Source: an uncultured virus (IMG/VR IMGVR_UViG_3300021135_000008)
Taxonomy: Duplodnaviria; Heunggongvirae; Uroviricota; Caudoviricetes
Strand: one strand, 5' to 3'
DNA: 64,000 nt
Virus record (IMG/VR): IMGVR_UViG_3300021135_000008
The position numbers were made by a program, and so were the translations under genes. Position 1 is the stretch's first letter; each line of letters opens with the position of its first letter. Below the pieces are notes generated by a model that saw only the letters and a program-made list of their open reading frames with translations, ran no database searches and was not told the origin of the DNA. Shown here piece by piece: positions 25,817-35,099 of this stretch.

Positions 25817-27997
25817 TTACTTGATTCCCATTGTACTCTTTAGACCGCCAGCGCTGCCGTGGATAGACTGTACGGCGTCGTGACGCTCTTTTGGCTTGAG
25901 GCTATTGAGGTGGGCGACGATCGACCTGCCCATAGGGGCAGTGATCTTGGTTGAAGATCCGTCGTCGTGCTTGAAGTCGATGACGCGACCTGCACCGGCC
26001 TGGCCAGCGATGACCTGGATGTGCTGACGCGGATCACGACCTGCTGGACGTGGCTCGTCGCCTTCTGGGTTCTTCTTAGGACGACCTTTACCGCGCTTGG
26101 CTGCCTCTGCCTCGACGATCGCGTTGAAGCGCTCGATCTGCTCTGACGAGAGAGGAGTCAACTCGGTTCCTTCCTTGTACATTCTTGATCGAATAATATC
26201 AGGCTTCTTTTCTTCAGCAGCGATTTTTCTCTGCTTTGACATAGGTAGTGACGCTTTAGTCGCAGCTTCAAGCTCTTTTGCTTCTTTATCACGAGCGTAC
26301 TTGTCAAAAACACCAGCCTGCTTTTTGTAGATTTTTGAGGCTGCTTTTCCAGATGAAGTACCATTATCATAATCATAAGCCTTCACTAGTGCACCATGTC
26401 TAGCACGCTTTGCAAGATCTGATGAGACCTCATCGAGTTCAAATTCTTCCTTTACAGCTTTTAAAGCACCGGTAGGTACAATTGTGTGTGTACCGCCTAG
26501 GAGTTTACCGCCATTTGGAAGTTTTACTCTCTGGCCATTAAACATGCCATTAAGTGTCATGTGAGTTTGTACGCCAGTTCTACCTCCGTCAAACGCTACA
26601 GTGGCACTACCGTCTTCAATTTTTTTAATAGTACCTTTTTGACCATGAGCAGCCGATCCAGGAAGATGAATTTGTACAGTATCGCCTACTTTATGTGCTT
26701 CATCGAGCTCGAATTCTTCAGCAGCGATTTTTCTCTGCTTTGACATAGGTAGTGACGCTTTAGTCGCAGCTTCAAGCTCTTTTGCTTCTTTATCACGAGC
26801 GTACTTGTCAAACTTTTTAGCTTGACCTTTATAGATTTTTGAGGCTGCTTTTCCAGATGAAGTACCATTATCATAATCATAAGCCTTCACTAGTGCACCA
26901 TGTCTAGCTCTTTTCGCAAGATCTGATGAGACCTCATCGAGCTCGAATTCTTCAGCAGCGATCTTGCCGTTGTGGTTCTTGTCAAGGTTCTTCTGACCAC
27001 CGACGAGCTTCTCGTCTAGCTCTTCGACTTCTTCTTTGTTGTAGTACGCGCCATAACCAGACTTATTACGCATATCTTTTAACACTTCACCCGCTTTTTT
27101 ATTGTTATAAGAAGATTGGGCAGCATCGTTCTTCAACTTTTCACCGGCGTCGTTGACTTTCTTGGTATACAGCTTATTGCCAGCCATTCTCTTTCTTTGG
27201 GTATTTTTATCAAAAGTCAAAGCAGACTTAATAGCAGAACCAGCTGCCTTCATTCCATAGTTCAGTCTCTTCTGTGCTGTGTCAAGCACTTCATCGACAT
27301 ATTCGACGTCGTCGCTGATGTCGTAGCGAGCGGTGTTGTTAGTTGGGTTCTCGCCGCGCTGGTCACCCTTCTCGCCGGCTTGGTTGCCGACTGTAGGCTT
27401 GTTGCTGCCTTCCTTGATCTTCTTACCTTCCGAGAATGAGGCTGCGATCTCCTCAAGAGCTGCCAGCTCTTTCTCCGATAATACTGCGTCTGACATCTCT
27501 TCTTCCTCCATTTTTGGTTTTAACTTGTCCATTTGTGACTGGGTCTGACTCTTAGTCTGAAGGTCTGCGCGACGACGCTTTGCTTCGTTCTCTTTGTGTG
27601 CTAGTCCGGTCCCGACCGCGCCGTAGTGAGTCTCAGCTTCCTTGATAGGGGCGTTGAAGTTGCTCTTGAATACCGGCTTCTTCTTGGCCTGCTGCTCGAT
27701 CTCAGCGCGGTCGTCGGTCTTAGGGTTAAGATCGATGTCGGTAGTACCGCCAGTGATCTTCCTAGCATCGTTTGCCTTAGGGTTGGTCATCTTGAGAATA
27801 GACTCGTCGACGACTTCGTCTTCGTCGATGATCTTTGTCTTGATCTCAGCCTGCTTGGCGAGCTTAGACTTCTCGTCAGTAGGAGCCGCGTCGTCTTCTC
27901 TAGAGACGTTTACTACCTTCTCACGCGCCTTGGTGTTGCGATCGATCTTCGCTTCCATGACTCTTCTGATCTGCGCTTCTAAGCTCGTGAACTTCAT
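25817..27997 (-). CDS. Large modular head-internal protein candidate with acidic EEFELDE linkers
   Basis: K/A/E-rich modules separated by (I/L/V)xE-ending linkers; internal duplication. Confidence 0.75.
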   Translation of the reverse strand: MKFTSLEAQIRRVMEAKIDRNTKAREKVVNVSREDDAAPTDEKSKLAKQAEIKTKIIDEDEVVDESILKMTNPKANDARKITGGTTDIDLNPKTDDRAEIEQQAKKKPVFKSNFNAPIKEAETHYGAVGTGLAHKENEAKRRRADLQTKSQTQSQMDKLKPKMEEEEMSDAVLSEKELAALEEIAASFSEGKKIKEGSNKPTVGNQAGEKGDQRGENPTNNTARYDISDDVEYVDEVLDTAQKRLNYGMKAAGSAIKSALTFDKNTQRKRMAGNKLYTKKVNDAGEKLKNDAAQSSYNNKKAGEVLKDMRNKSGYGAYYNKEEVEELDEKLVGGQKNLDKNHNGKIAAEEFELDEVSSDLAKRARHGALVKAYDYDNGTSSGKAASKIYKGQAKKFDKYARDKEAKELEAATKASLPMSKQRKIAAEEFELDEAHKVGDTVQIHLPGSAAHGQKGTIKKIEDGSATVAFDGGRTGVQTHMTLNGMFNGQRVKLPNGGKLLGGTHTIVPTGALKAVKEEFELDEVSSDLAKRARHGALVKAYDYDNGTSSGKAASKIYKKQAGVFDKYARDKEAKELEAATKASLPMSKQRKIAAEEKKPDIIRSRMYKEGTELTPLSSEQIERFNAIVEAEAAKRGKGRPKKNPEGDEPRPAGRDPRQHIQVIAGQAGAGRVIDFKHDDGSSTKITAPMGRSIVAHLNSLKPKERHDAVQSIHGSAGGLKSTMGIK
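26210..26953. repeat. 240-bp direct repeat (26210-26449 and 26714-26953)
   Basis: Near-identical copies offset by 504 bp, encoding EEFELDEVSSDLAKRARHG...KIAAEE. Confidence 0.92.
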
Positions 27998-28008
27998 CTT
28001 AGCCTGCC

Positions 28009-28443
28009 TTACTTGATAATGGATGTCAGCATCCAGTTGTGTTTCCAGTGCTTGTCTAGTCTGTCTTCAAGAAAGTTGACTAGACCAAAGGCGCCGTTTG
28101 TGTCAGCGAGCTCTCTAGCCTTCTTCAACTCTCCGATGACGATCATGTTGTCCATCTGAAGGATCTTCATCATCCTCAAGGGATCCGGCACGTTGAGCTC
28201 GTCCTCGACGAGAGTAAGCTCAGAGAAGCGCTTCAGCGATCCTGGAGCGTATGATCCAAGAGTCCTGGTCTCCTCGGCGATCGTGTCGATCGAGCCGTAG
28301 ATCTCTTCGTACAGGTCACCAAGAAACTCATGGTACTGAGGAAAGTTTGGTCCCTCTACGTTCCAGTGAAAGTAGTGTGCCTTTAGGTACAGCGAGAAGA
28401 CGCTGGCCTGAAGTACCTTCATCTTCTCGATGAGTTCATTCAT
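28009..28443 (-). CDS. dps: Dps / ferritin-like protein
   Basis: AHYFHWNVEGPNFPQYHEFLGDLYEE..D..AE..HWKHNWML. Confidence 0.9.
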   Translation of the reverse strand: MNELIEKMKVLQASVFSLYLKAHYFHWNVEGPNFPQYHEFLGDLYEEIYGSIDTIAEETRTLGSYAPGSLKRFSELTLVEDELNVPDPLRMMKILQMDNMIVIGELKKARELADTNGAFGLVNFLEDRLDKHWKHNWMLTSIIK

Positions 28444-28444
28444 C

Positions 28445-28696
28445 TTACTGCGCCGCCGAGTTTGCAGTCGGAGCCTTCTTAGCCCTGACCTTCTTAACGA
28501 CCGTCTCGACCGCAGCCTCAGCGACTGCAACTTCTTTGACGACAACCTGTTCAAGCTTCTCAGCGTCGGCTTCCGCTACGACGTCTAAGTCAGCGAGAGC
28601 GTCCTGAAGACCTTCCTTCTTGGTCATCATCGTATAGATGATCCATACGCCGAGCAAGGTCAGAAGACCAAGTAGTGAGAATGCAATAAATTCCAT
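28445..28696 (-). CDS. Membrane-anchored hypothetical protein
   Basis: N-terminal TM, AGGAG RBS. Confidence 0.7.
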   Translation of the reverse strand: MEFIAFSLLGLLTLLGVWIIYTMMTKKEGLQDALADLDVVAEADAEKLEQVVVKEVAVAEAAVETVVKKVRAKKAPTANSAAQ

Positions 28697-28711
28697 TTTA
28701 ACTTCTCCTGT

Positions 28712-28867
28712 TTATTTTCCACCACCGCCAGAGCTTCCGCTCTTACCGGGATCCTTCATCTTGATAGTACCGTCAGCCATCCTGATCGGCACCTTCTTTA
28801 TATGTATAACTTTACCAGAAGCGTCTCTGACGTCCAGCTCAGCTATATATTCTCTAAACTTCTTCAT
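28712..28867 (-). CDS. Small internal-protein candidate (MKKFREYIAE...)
   Basis: 51-aa ORF below the track cutoff, with capsid-targeting-like N-terminus. Confidence 0.7.
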   Translation of the reverse strand: MKKFREYIAELDVRDASGKVIHIKKVPIRMADGTIKMKDPGKSGSSGGGGK

Positions 28868-29280
28868 TTATTTAGTATTCTTCTCATCGTATCAACGTGA
28901 TCCCTGTCCTTCTGCTTCTCGGGCTCGGGGAGCTCTGAGTAGGGGACGTGCTGGGCAGCGTTGTAGTCGGCTTTAGGGTTTCTCTTCATCCACTCCTTGT
29001 GCACGTGCTCGGCTGCAGCCTCGGTGTCTTTGCCGTGCTTGCGAAGAGCTATCAAAGCAGTCTTGCCTGCCTCGATGTTCTCTTTCTGCCAGTCAGGATG
29101 AAGCTTGTTGAACGGAACGTTGATGTTACCCTCGGTGCCGTCGCTGTTCTTCTTAACCCTCTCTTTACCCGTATTCTCGGGATCAAAGGTCTTACGCCAC
29201 TTGTCATGTTGAATTGAAGCGAACTGTGTCACCGCGTCCCTACCTCTTCCTTCAATGATGTATTCAATGAACTTCTTCAT
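28864..29280 (-). CDS. RyR-repeat-like protein with capsid-targeting-like N-terminus
   Basis: MKKFIEYIIE; QHDKW..VPFNKL..KENI and VHKEW..VPYSELPEPEKQKDR. Confidence 0.7.
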   Translation of the reverse strand: MKKFIEYIIEGRGRDAVTQFASIQHDKWRKTFDPENTGKERVKKNSDGTEGNINVPFNKLHPDWQKENIEAGKTALIALRKHGKDTEAAAEHVHKEWMKRNPKADYNAAQHVPYSELPEPEKQKDRDHVDTMRRILNK

Positions 29281-29281
29281 A

Positions 29282-30274
29282 TCAGCACTCCCAAGCGCGA
29301 CGTGACCAGTAGTTAGCCTTGGTCTTGTCTGTGAGGTTACCCTGACCGCTCGAGCGTGCGCAGTAGGAGCGCTTGCGAGCTGGCTGGTTCTTCTTGATGC
29401 TGAGTGTCTTGTCGCCGAAGTTTACTTTCTTGACGTTTCCAGTCGATGGGTCCTTGACGAACACCTTAGACTTCTTGACGTCGCCTTTCATAGGCTTGTT
29501 GAGCGGGACCTCTCTGCCCTGAAACTTGGCCTCGCTGACCATGCATGGGCATGTACCGTTCTCACACTCGGACTTCTCGGCCGACTCGTGAACTGCCTTC
29601 TTGATGGTGTCAACGTATCCGGGAGTGTCTTTCTTGTAGATGTTGACTAGAGACTCTGTTCCGACAAACCTTGAGCTGGGATCGTCCGAGTTCTTTGACT
29701 GAGCTTCTGAAGTCTTCCTGCCGATCGCGAGCTGAACTTTCCTGACGGCGCGGTCGCGGGTCTCATTGCCAGCAGACGTCTTGCTCTGCTTAGGACCAAG
29801 TGCTCTAGCTTTGTTGACTTTTCCTATAAGCTCGGGAGAGATCTCACTGATGACCTCCTCGCTAGCAGCTTTAAAGTCTGCGTCTGTAGGTGCGCCCTTA
29901 GATCCCGGCTGTCTCATGTGCTCGCGCGAACCGCGCTTGATTCTGTTTTGCTTGGCATGGATGTTGTCCCATAGACCGCGCTTCTCTTGTAAGTCTCTAT
30001 CCATATCTGCTGCAGCTCCACCCGCTATAAATGAGTTAACCCTGTTGAATGCGTACTGTTCAGGCGTCTCTGTGATCTCGACGCTCTCGTATAGTGAATA
30101 GAAGCTCTCGAGCCCGCGAAGGTACACTTCCTCGAGCGTGTCCGTGTCGAACCCGCTGGATTTAGACTTCTTGTATAGGGAGAGCTTGATCTTGTCGGTG
30201 AGGACTACGACATCTCCTGCGCCATGCTCAACCAATTCTAGCTGAGGACTAGGGAGATCGTTCTTTCTTAGCAT
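29282..30274 (-). CDS. Modular head-internal protein candidate (C-terminal DUF6321-like)
   Basis: GLWDNIHAK..KGAPT module; VFVKDPSTGNVKKVNFGD..SYCARS..ANYWSRRAW. Confidence 0.7.
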   Translation of the reverse strand: MLRKNDLPSPQLELVEHGAGDVVVLTDKIKLSLYKKSKSSGFDTDTLEEVYLRGLESFYSLYESVEITETPEQYAFNRVNSFIAGGAAADMDRDLQEKRGLWDNIHAKQNRIKRGSREHMRQPGSKGAPTDADFKAASEEVISEISPELIGKVNKARALGPKQSKTSAGNETRDRAVRKVQLAIGRKTSEAQSKNSDDPSSRFVGTESLVNIYKKDTPGYVDTIKKAVHESAEKSECENGTCPCMVSEAKFQGREVPLNKPMKGDVKKSKVFVKDPSTGNVKKVNFGDKTLSIKKNQPARKRSYCARSSGQGNLTDKTKANYWSRRAWEC

Positions 30275-30360
30275 TGGAGTTTCCCTTGGGCTTATCCATG
30301 AACATCGCGCAGGATTGCCGTAGCCTTTTTACTGCACCGCATGTTTATTTATAAAATAAC

Positions 30361-31647
30361 TTATGTTATAGCAGCTACGAACGTATTATTTGCAGTTCCA
30401 TCTAAACAGAAATACTTGACATACATCGTATTGTGAGAGCTTAGATAAAAAGATGAACCGCCTGTAGCTTGTGTTGAGGAAACGCCATGATTGAACTGCT
30501 GAGTACCGCCGACATTGTTGAAGATGAATAGCTCAACAACTTTACCAGCAGTAAGATTTTGTAAGTTAGCAGTAACTGTTCCATCGTTAGTATGAATGTG
30601 AACAAAGTTGTCAGTTGAAAAGTCAATCAAAACGCTGTTTGATATTACGTTTGCTATTCTTACGTTAGGAACCTCGTAAGCTGTATTTTGTACTGTATTG
30701 TCAGTAAAAGTAATTGTTGTATTTGCTTTGATGTTTTGGTTAAAGATAACGCTTGTATTTACCGAAGTAGAACCGACTACCAAGTTTTGCGATGTATTTG
30801 CTAACTGAATAGTATAGTTTTGCAAAATGATACCGCCAGCATTGAATCCCGCATTGGCGTTATATACCGTGTTTGTTCCTGAACCTTGAGTGATATAGAA
30901 TACCTGATTCGCAACTGACAATATCTGATCTGGACCACCTAGAGTGTCCGAAAAGGTAATGGAGTTAGAACCAACATATATTGAATCCCAGCGATTTGTT
31001 GTATTGCCAATAGTATATGTTAGAGTCGTCGCTGGTATAATATCAGAGGCGACATTCAATAAGTTTGGACTGGAAACTGGATCGTCAAACACAAACTTCT
31101 TTGTGGCTGCATCGTAGCGAAGATAGAGACCGTCAGCGATAGAAGATCTATTGACGTCATCTAATCTTGCTAACTTGACTTCACCACCACCACCCATTTG
31201 AGATGCACGTGATGCGTAACGGTGAAGATCAGTAACAGTTTTCTTTAAAATATCAATTTCTTTACGAACACTGTTCGGTATAGCATCGACAGCCGCTACG
31301 TATTCATCTCTCGATTTTTGCGATAAAGTATCAACTGATCTGGTAATTAAATCTTTATGAGGAAGCTGTGGTAATGGTTGTGCACCAAGAGGAATTGGTT
31401 TTGGCTCATTTGGTTTTGACGCTGGAGCTGGCAATCCAACTGGAATATCTTCAGTAATTAATGATACTGGTTCTTTAAAGTTTTCTTCAACAACTAGCTT
31501 CTCACCAACCGTTAATTTGGTAAGTGCATTATTTAAACCTTCAAGAAGATTCTTCTCATTTATCTTCTTCTGTTCGATCTCATCAAGAACATTTTCCGCG
31601 CCGAGGGCCTTGGCAAAACTTTTTAGAAGCTTCTCTTCGTTTATCAT
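30361..31647 (-). CDS. Probable virion structural/fibre protein (AT-rich)
   Basis: GGGGEVKLARLDDV..LRYDAATKKF; N/T-rich C-terminus. Confidence 0.7.
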   Translation of the reverse strand: MINEEKLLKSFAKALGAENVLDEIEQKKINEKNLLEGLNNALTKLTVGEKLVVEENFKEPVSLITEDIPVGLPAPASKPNEPKPIPLGAQPLPQLPHKDLITRSVDTLSQKSRDEYVAAVDAIPNSVRKEIDILKKTVTDLHRYASRASQMGGGGEVKLARLDDVNRSSIADGLYLRYDAATKKFVFDDPVSSPNLLNVASDIIPATTLTYTIGNTTNRWDSIYVGSNSITFSDTLGGPDQILSVANQVFYITQGSGTNTVYNANAGFNAGGIILQNYTIQLANTSQNLVVGSTSVNTSVIFNQNIKANTTITFTDNTVQNTAYEVPNVRIANVISNSVLIDFSTDNFVHIHTNDGTVTANLQNLTAGKVVELFIFNNVGGTQQFNHGVSSTQATGGSSFYLSSHNTMYVKYFCLDGTANNTFVAAIT

Positions 31648-31649
31648 TG

Positions 31650-32255
31650 TTAGGCCTTGTAGTGGTCCATCGTCACGCCATCGGGTCCGTGCTTCACGTG
31701 GTGACCGTGAAACTCGACGTCAGGGTGATCTTTCTTGAGATCGAGCATAGCCTGGATGTTAGGCATGTGGTCGTCGTACAGGTGAACTTTCTTGTATCCG
31801 TTCTTCTTGATCTGGTCAGAGATGATCTTGGCCTTGGCCTCGTGCGTCGGAAGCTTGATGTTTCCTGCGCGTCTGACGTGTGTCTGTCCCGGACCGATGT
31901 CGACGCCGAATGACTTCCACTTCTTAGCGAACTTGTCCTTGTCGTCGAAGTCTGCGCGGGCAGTCAAGATCTCGGTCTTGCCACCGTTCTTCTTGATGGC
32001 CTTCATCTTGGCAAGCACCTTACGGATAGGCTTAGCCGACTTAGCAAACTTTTCAGACGACCCAAACTCATGGAAGTCGTAGCTGTGTCCCGGCTTGAGC
32101 TTGTGGTGATTGTACTCCTGCGGGTCGAGCTTCTCTACTGTGTTGCCGTGCTCGTCCTTGACGTGGACGTGCGTGTTACCGGTGTCCATGAGGGTCTTGT
32201 CGACGTCGAAGAAGTGGACGCTGTTCTCAGCGATGTATTCGTTAAATCTCTTCAT
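31650..32255 (-). CDS. HAD-superfamily phosphatase with capsid-targeting-like N-terminus
   Basis: MKRFNEYIAE; FDVDKTL, LTAR, K, YDD. Confidence 0.82.
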   Translation of the reverse strand: MKRFNEYIAENSVHFFDVDKTLMDTGNTHVHVKDEHGNTVEKLDPQEYNHHKLKPGHSYDFHEFGSSEKFAKSAKPIRKVLAKMKAIKKNGGKTEILTARADFDDKDKFAKKWKSFGVDIGPGQTHVRRAGNIKLPTHEAKAKIISDQIKKNGYKKVHLYDDHMPNIQAMLDLKKDHPDVEFHGHHVKHGPDGVTMDHYKA

Positions 32256-32470
32256 TTCTTCTTCTTGTCTCCTCTATGTAGATCCGTGTGATATTTCTTT
32301 ATGATCTTGAACAGAAGGTTGTTTCGCTGGTCTGAGTCGACGACGTTACCACCTATATAGTCGGTCCCGTCTCCGGTGGTATCGGAGCTGCCGCCGAAGC
32401 CCATTCCGGCTACGGCACCAGACGACGAGGTGTTGTCCTCACTCATAACGTATTCGCGAAACGTCTTCAT
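32252..32470 (-). CDS. Small internal-protein candidate
   Basis: MKTFREYVMSE. Confidence 0.7.
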   Translation of the reverse strand: MKTFREYVMSEDNTSSSGAVAGMGFGGSSDTTGDGTDYIGGNVVDSDQRNNLLFKIIKKYHTDLHRGDKKKK

Positions 32471-33951
32471 CTCTTTAACGGGATCTTTCCAGATAGGATC
32501 CCAGACTTGATCTTGCTCTTGATGTTGTTTGACTCGTCACGGCTGAACATCGGTCCTAGGTGACGATGGAACTCTTTCTCTGCAGCATCGCCGTCCTCGT
32601 TGGCAGCAGCCCTCATCTTGGTGCCGCTCATGCCGTGTGTCCTCTCGGTGTCTTCGGGATAGTGGATGTGGATCTCATCAAACTTGCGACCCTCCATCTC
32701 CTTGATCTTACCCTGCTCGAGCGACCTCTTGAGACCCTCGGCGAAGGATGCCCTGTCCTTGCCTACCAGTATATGTAGGATCTTTCTTCCAGGACCGGTC
32801 ATCGAGTCGTGGGCTCTCCTGATCGTCTCGCCTGCGCCGCTGACGATGTGGATATGGTTGTTGTCGGTGTCGCCCCACTGTCTACCGAGGATCGACTTTC
32901 TCTCTTCAGGAGTAAACGCGTCAGCCTTAGATGAGATGCCGATGTGCTTTGATCCAGGAAGCTTCTTCAAAGCCCCTCCGAGGTCCTGTGCGTGGCCCAT
33001 GTGGGAGATAGGGCTGAACCCTACCATAGGGATGGCCGAGGCGTGCTGGTCACCCATGCTCTCCTCGCTGACGGCGTCCTTGACGTCTAGTTCTTTTCTA
33101 AGAAGGGCGAGCGCGGCTGCGTGGTCCGTACCCTTCATCTTGCTGACGCTGTCCCTGAACTTCTCGTAGATGGCCTGATGCTGTTCTTTAGGGATGTGCT
33201 TCTTGATGAGCTGGGTTACTCCGTGGAACGAGGTAACCTGATTCGGATCGGCCTTGTCGCCGAACAGACCTTTGGTGACTTGATCGGGCTCCTTGACTCC
33301 CATGTCTGAGTCGTCAGTCCTAGACCTGAGTCCGTGGCTGATCGAGAACTTATGATGGTCGAGACCGACGGCGTTCAGGAGCACCTTGTGGTGCAGACCC
33401 TTGATGCCTGCCTTGGTGTCTTCCCATGATGAGTTGTGGAGGAGCTGCTCGCCAGGAGTAGGCTCGTCGTTGTTGTAGTGAACAGGCTCGAAGTCGATCT
33501 GGTGATGCTCACCGTTCTCGTGTCTCAGAACTGCCGAGACCTCGGTGCCGTGCTTCCTCGTGCCGACTACGGTGTACTTACCGAACTTGCGTCCAGGAGT
33601 CAGGTGTGCGACAAGCTTATCCTTATGCTCTGCTGGGAACTGAGCGTCGATGTCACCGACGGTAGGCTTGTGCTTCTTGAACTCTTCGTCGGAAATACTG
33701 GAGTCCATGAACTGGTTAGTAGAGCCGGCAAACATTGACCCAGAAGTAAGGGCCTTCTTACCCTTGCCAAAGAGTGGCTGACCGTGCTCTTTCTCGAAGG
33801 AGTCGTGGATCTCACCGAGTGCGTCTCTGACGTCTCCAGCCTGCTGTGACCTGTTCTTTACCCTGAACGGCGCAGCGGCGACTTCTCCTTCAGGAGTCTT
33901 GATCTTGATGTTGCCGCCTTCTTTGAGTATGAAGTTCTTAAATGAGATCAT
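32467..33951 (-). CDS. Pol-beta-type nucleotidyltransferase fused to a HIGH-type (cytidylyltransferase-like) domain
   Basis: MISFKNFILKE; AGS..GDIDA..QIDF; HMGH..VGKDR..MSGTKMR. Confidence 0.75.
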   Translation of the reverse strand: MISFKNFILKEGGNIKIKTPEGEVAAAPFRVKNRSQQAGDVRDALGEIHDSFEKEHGQPLFGKGKKALTSGSMFAGSTNQFMDSSISDEEFKKHKPTVGDIDAQFPAEHKDKLVAHLTPGRKFGKYTVVGTRKHGTEVSAVLRHENGEHHQIDFEPVHYNNDEPTPGEQLLHNSSWEDTKAGIKGLHHKVLLNAVGLDHHKFSISHGLRSRTDDSDMGVKEPDQVTKGLFGDKADPNQVTSFHGVTQLIKKHIPKEQHQAIYEKFRDSVSKMKGTDHAAALALLRKELDVKDAVSEESMGDQHASAIPMVGFSPISHMGHAQDLGGALKKLPGSKHIGISSKADAFTPEERKSILGRQWGDTDNNHIHIVSGAGETIRRAHDSMTGPGRKILHILVGKDRASFAEGLKRSLEQGKIKEMEGRKFDEIHIHYPEDTERTHGMSGTKMRAAANEDGDAAEKEFHRHLGPMFSRDESNNIKSKIKSGILSGKIPLKR

Positions 33952-34895
33952 TGCTTTGGTGTCCTTGACTTGAACTTCAGGGCGTTCTCAGGGTCAGCCT
34001 TGTACTCCCTGAACGCGTCCGATGTGACCTTGAACCTCGGTGCTGTCGAGCCCTTAGGCGGGTGGACTACGATACCTTCGGATCCTGAACCCCACTTAGG
34101 AGAGAAGCCGCGAGACTTGATGTGAGCGTCGACCTTGTCGGATACCCTCTTCTTGATCTCCATCAGCTTCTGAGTCTCGGCTTCCTTGGCTGCCTTGTTC
34201 GTGGGGGTGGTCCTTGATGAGAGGAGCTCCCTGTTCACGCCCTCAAGGTCCTTGGCTTCCTTGGCGACGTCGACCTCGCTGGGTGAGAAGCCGTTGATGT
34301 TGTCGTCGTCGAAGTTGAGTCCCGGCGTAGACAGCTCGTTCTTGAACTTCTCGACGTCGTGGCCTTGGTTCTCTGGAAGCTTGGTATGGATGACAAACTT
34401 GCCGACGCTGCCCATGTGGCTAGGGTCGTAGGACGTTCCGACGAACTTGATCTCGCCTGGAGTCTCTGACGGTCTGGATAGTCTCTTTGAGAACAGCTCA
34501 CCGCGGACCTTGGTCTCGCCGCCGGACTCTTGGGCCCTCTGCTTTAGGTGATCTGTAAGTCTCTTGTTGGCCTGCATCTGTGCATGGGCCTCGGCAAACG
34601 CGTTAGCAGCGGTCAAGTCGAGAGGCTTACCCGTCTGCTCAGCTCGTCTCTTGGCTCTATCGATGTAGTCGGCTGGCTCCCTCATCCTCTCGTCACCAGA
34701 ACCGGAACTCTGTGTATAGAACCCGTGCTCGTCGTGTCCCATCATCATGGTAGAGCCGTCGGTCTTCTCAGTCGCCTGATCGATCCTGACTTTTCCACCC
34801 TGAACCAGATCGCTTATCTGGTTATGGTCCATGGTAGTGATGTGTGGAAGGCCTTGTCTTATACCCTCAGTGATAAAGCTCTTAAAAGACTTCAT
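33948..34895 (-). CDS. ATP-dependent RNA-ligase-like protein (DUF6267-like)
   Basis: MKSFKSFITE; TEKTDG, RGEL, EGIVV, RFKV. Confidence 0.72.
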   Translation of the reverse strand: MKSFKSFITEGIRQGLPHITTMDHNQISDLVQGGKVRIDQATEKTDGSTMMMGHDEHGFYTQSSGSGDERMREPADYIDRAKRRAEQTGKPLDLTAANAFAEAHAQMQANKRLTDHLKQRAQESGGETKVRGELFSKRLSRPSETPGEIKFVGTSYDPSHMGSVGKFVIHTKLPENQGHDVEKFKNELSTPGLNFDDDNINGFSPSEVDVAKEAKDLEGVNRELLSSRTTPTNKAAKEAETQKLMEIKKRVSDKVDAHIKSRGFSPKWGSGSEGIVVHPPKGSTAPRFKVTSDAFREYKADPENALKFKSRTPKQ

Positions 34896-34941
34896 GCTTA
34901 ATCCTATTAGCTCATAGCCGCGATATGGTATTTATTCAAAT

Positions 34942-34971
34942 AAAAAAGGGAAGCCCTCTCGAGCTTCCCTT
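34942..34971 (-). terminator. Intrinsic terminator
   Basis: AAGGGAAGCTC-GAGA-GGGCTTCCCTTTTTT. Confidence 0.85.
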
Positions 34972-35099
34972 ACTTTACAACGCGGACAGGAGGAACCCCA
35001 CCTACCTAGAAGGCGACCTGTCAATTCCAATCCTTACGGCTTGCCACTTGTGCTGCAGACACAAACACGTCGAGATGATCAAAAAATATAATCATGAAG

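Noticed and set aside
26210..26953. Diversity-generating retroelement TR/VR pair
   Set aside because: Both copies are in frame in one gene, differences are not adenine-specific, and no reverse transcriptase is present in the window.
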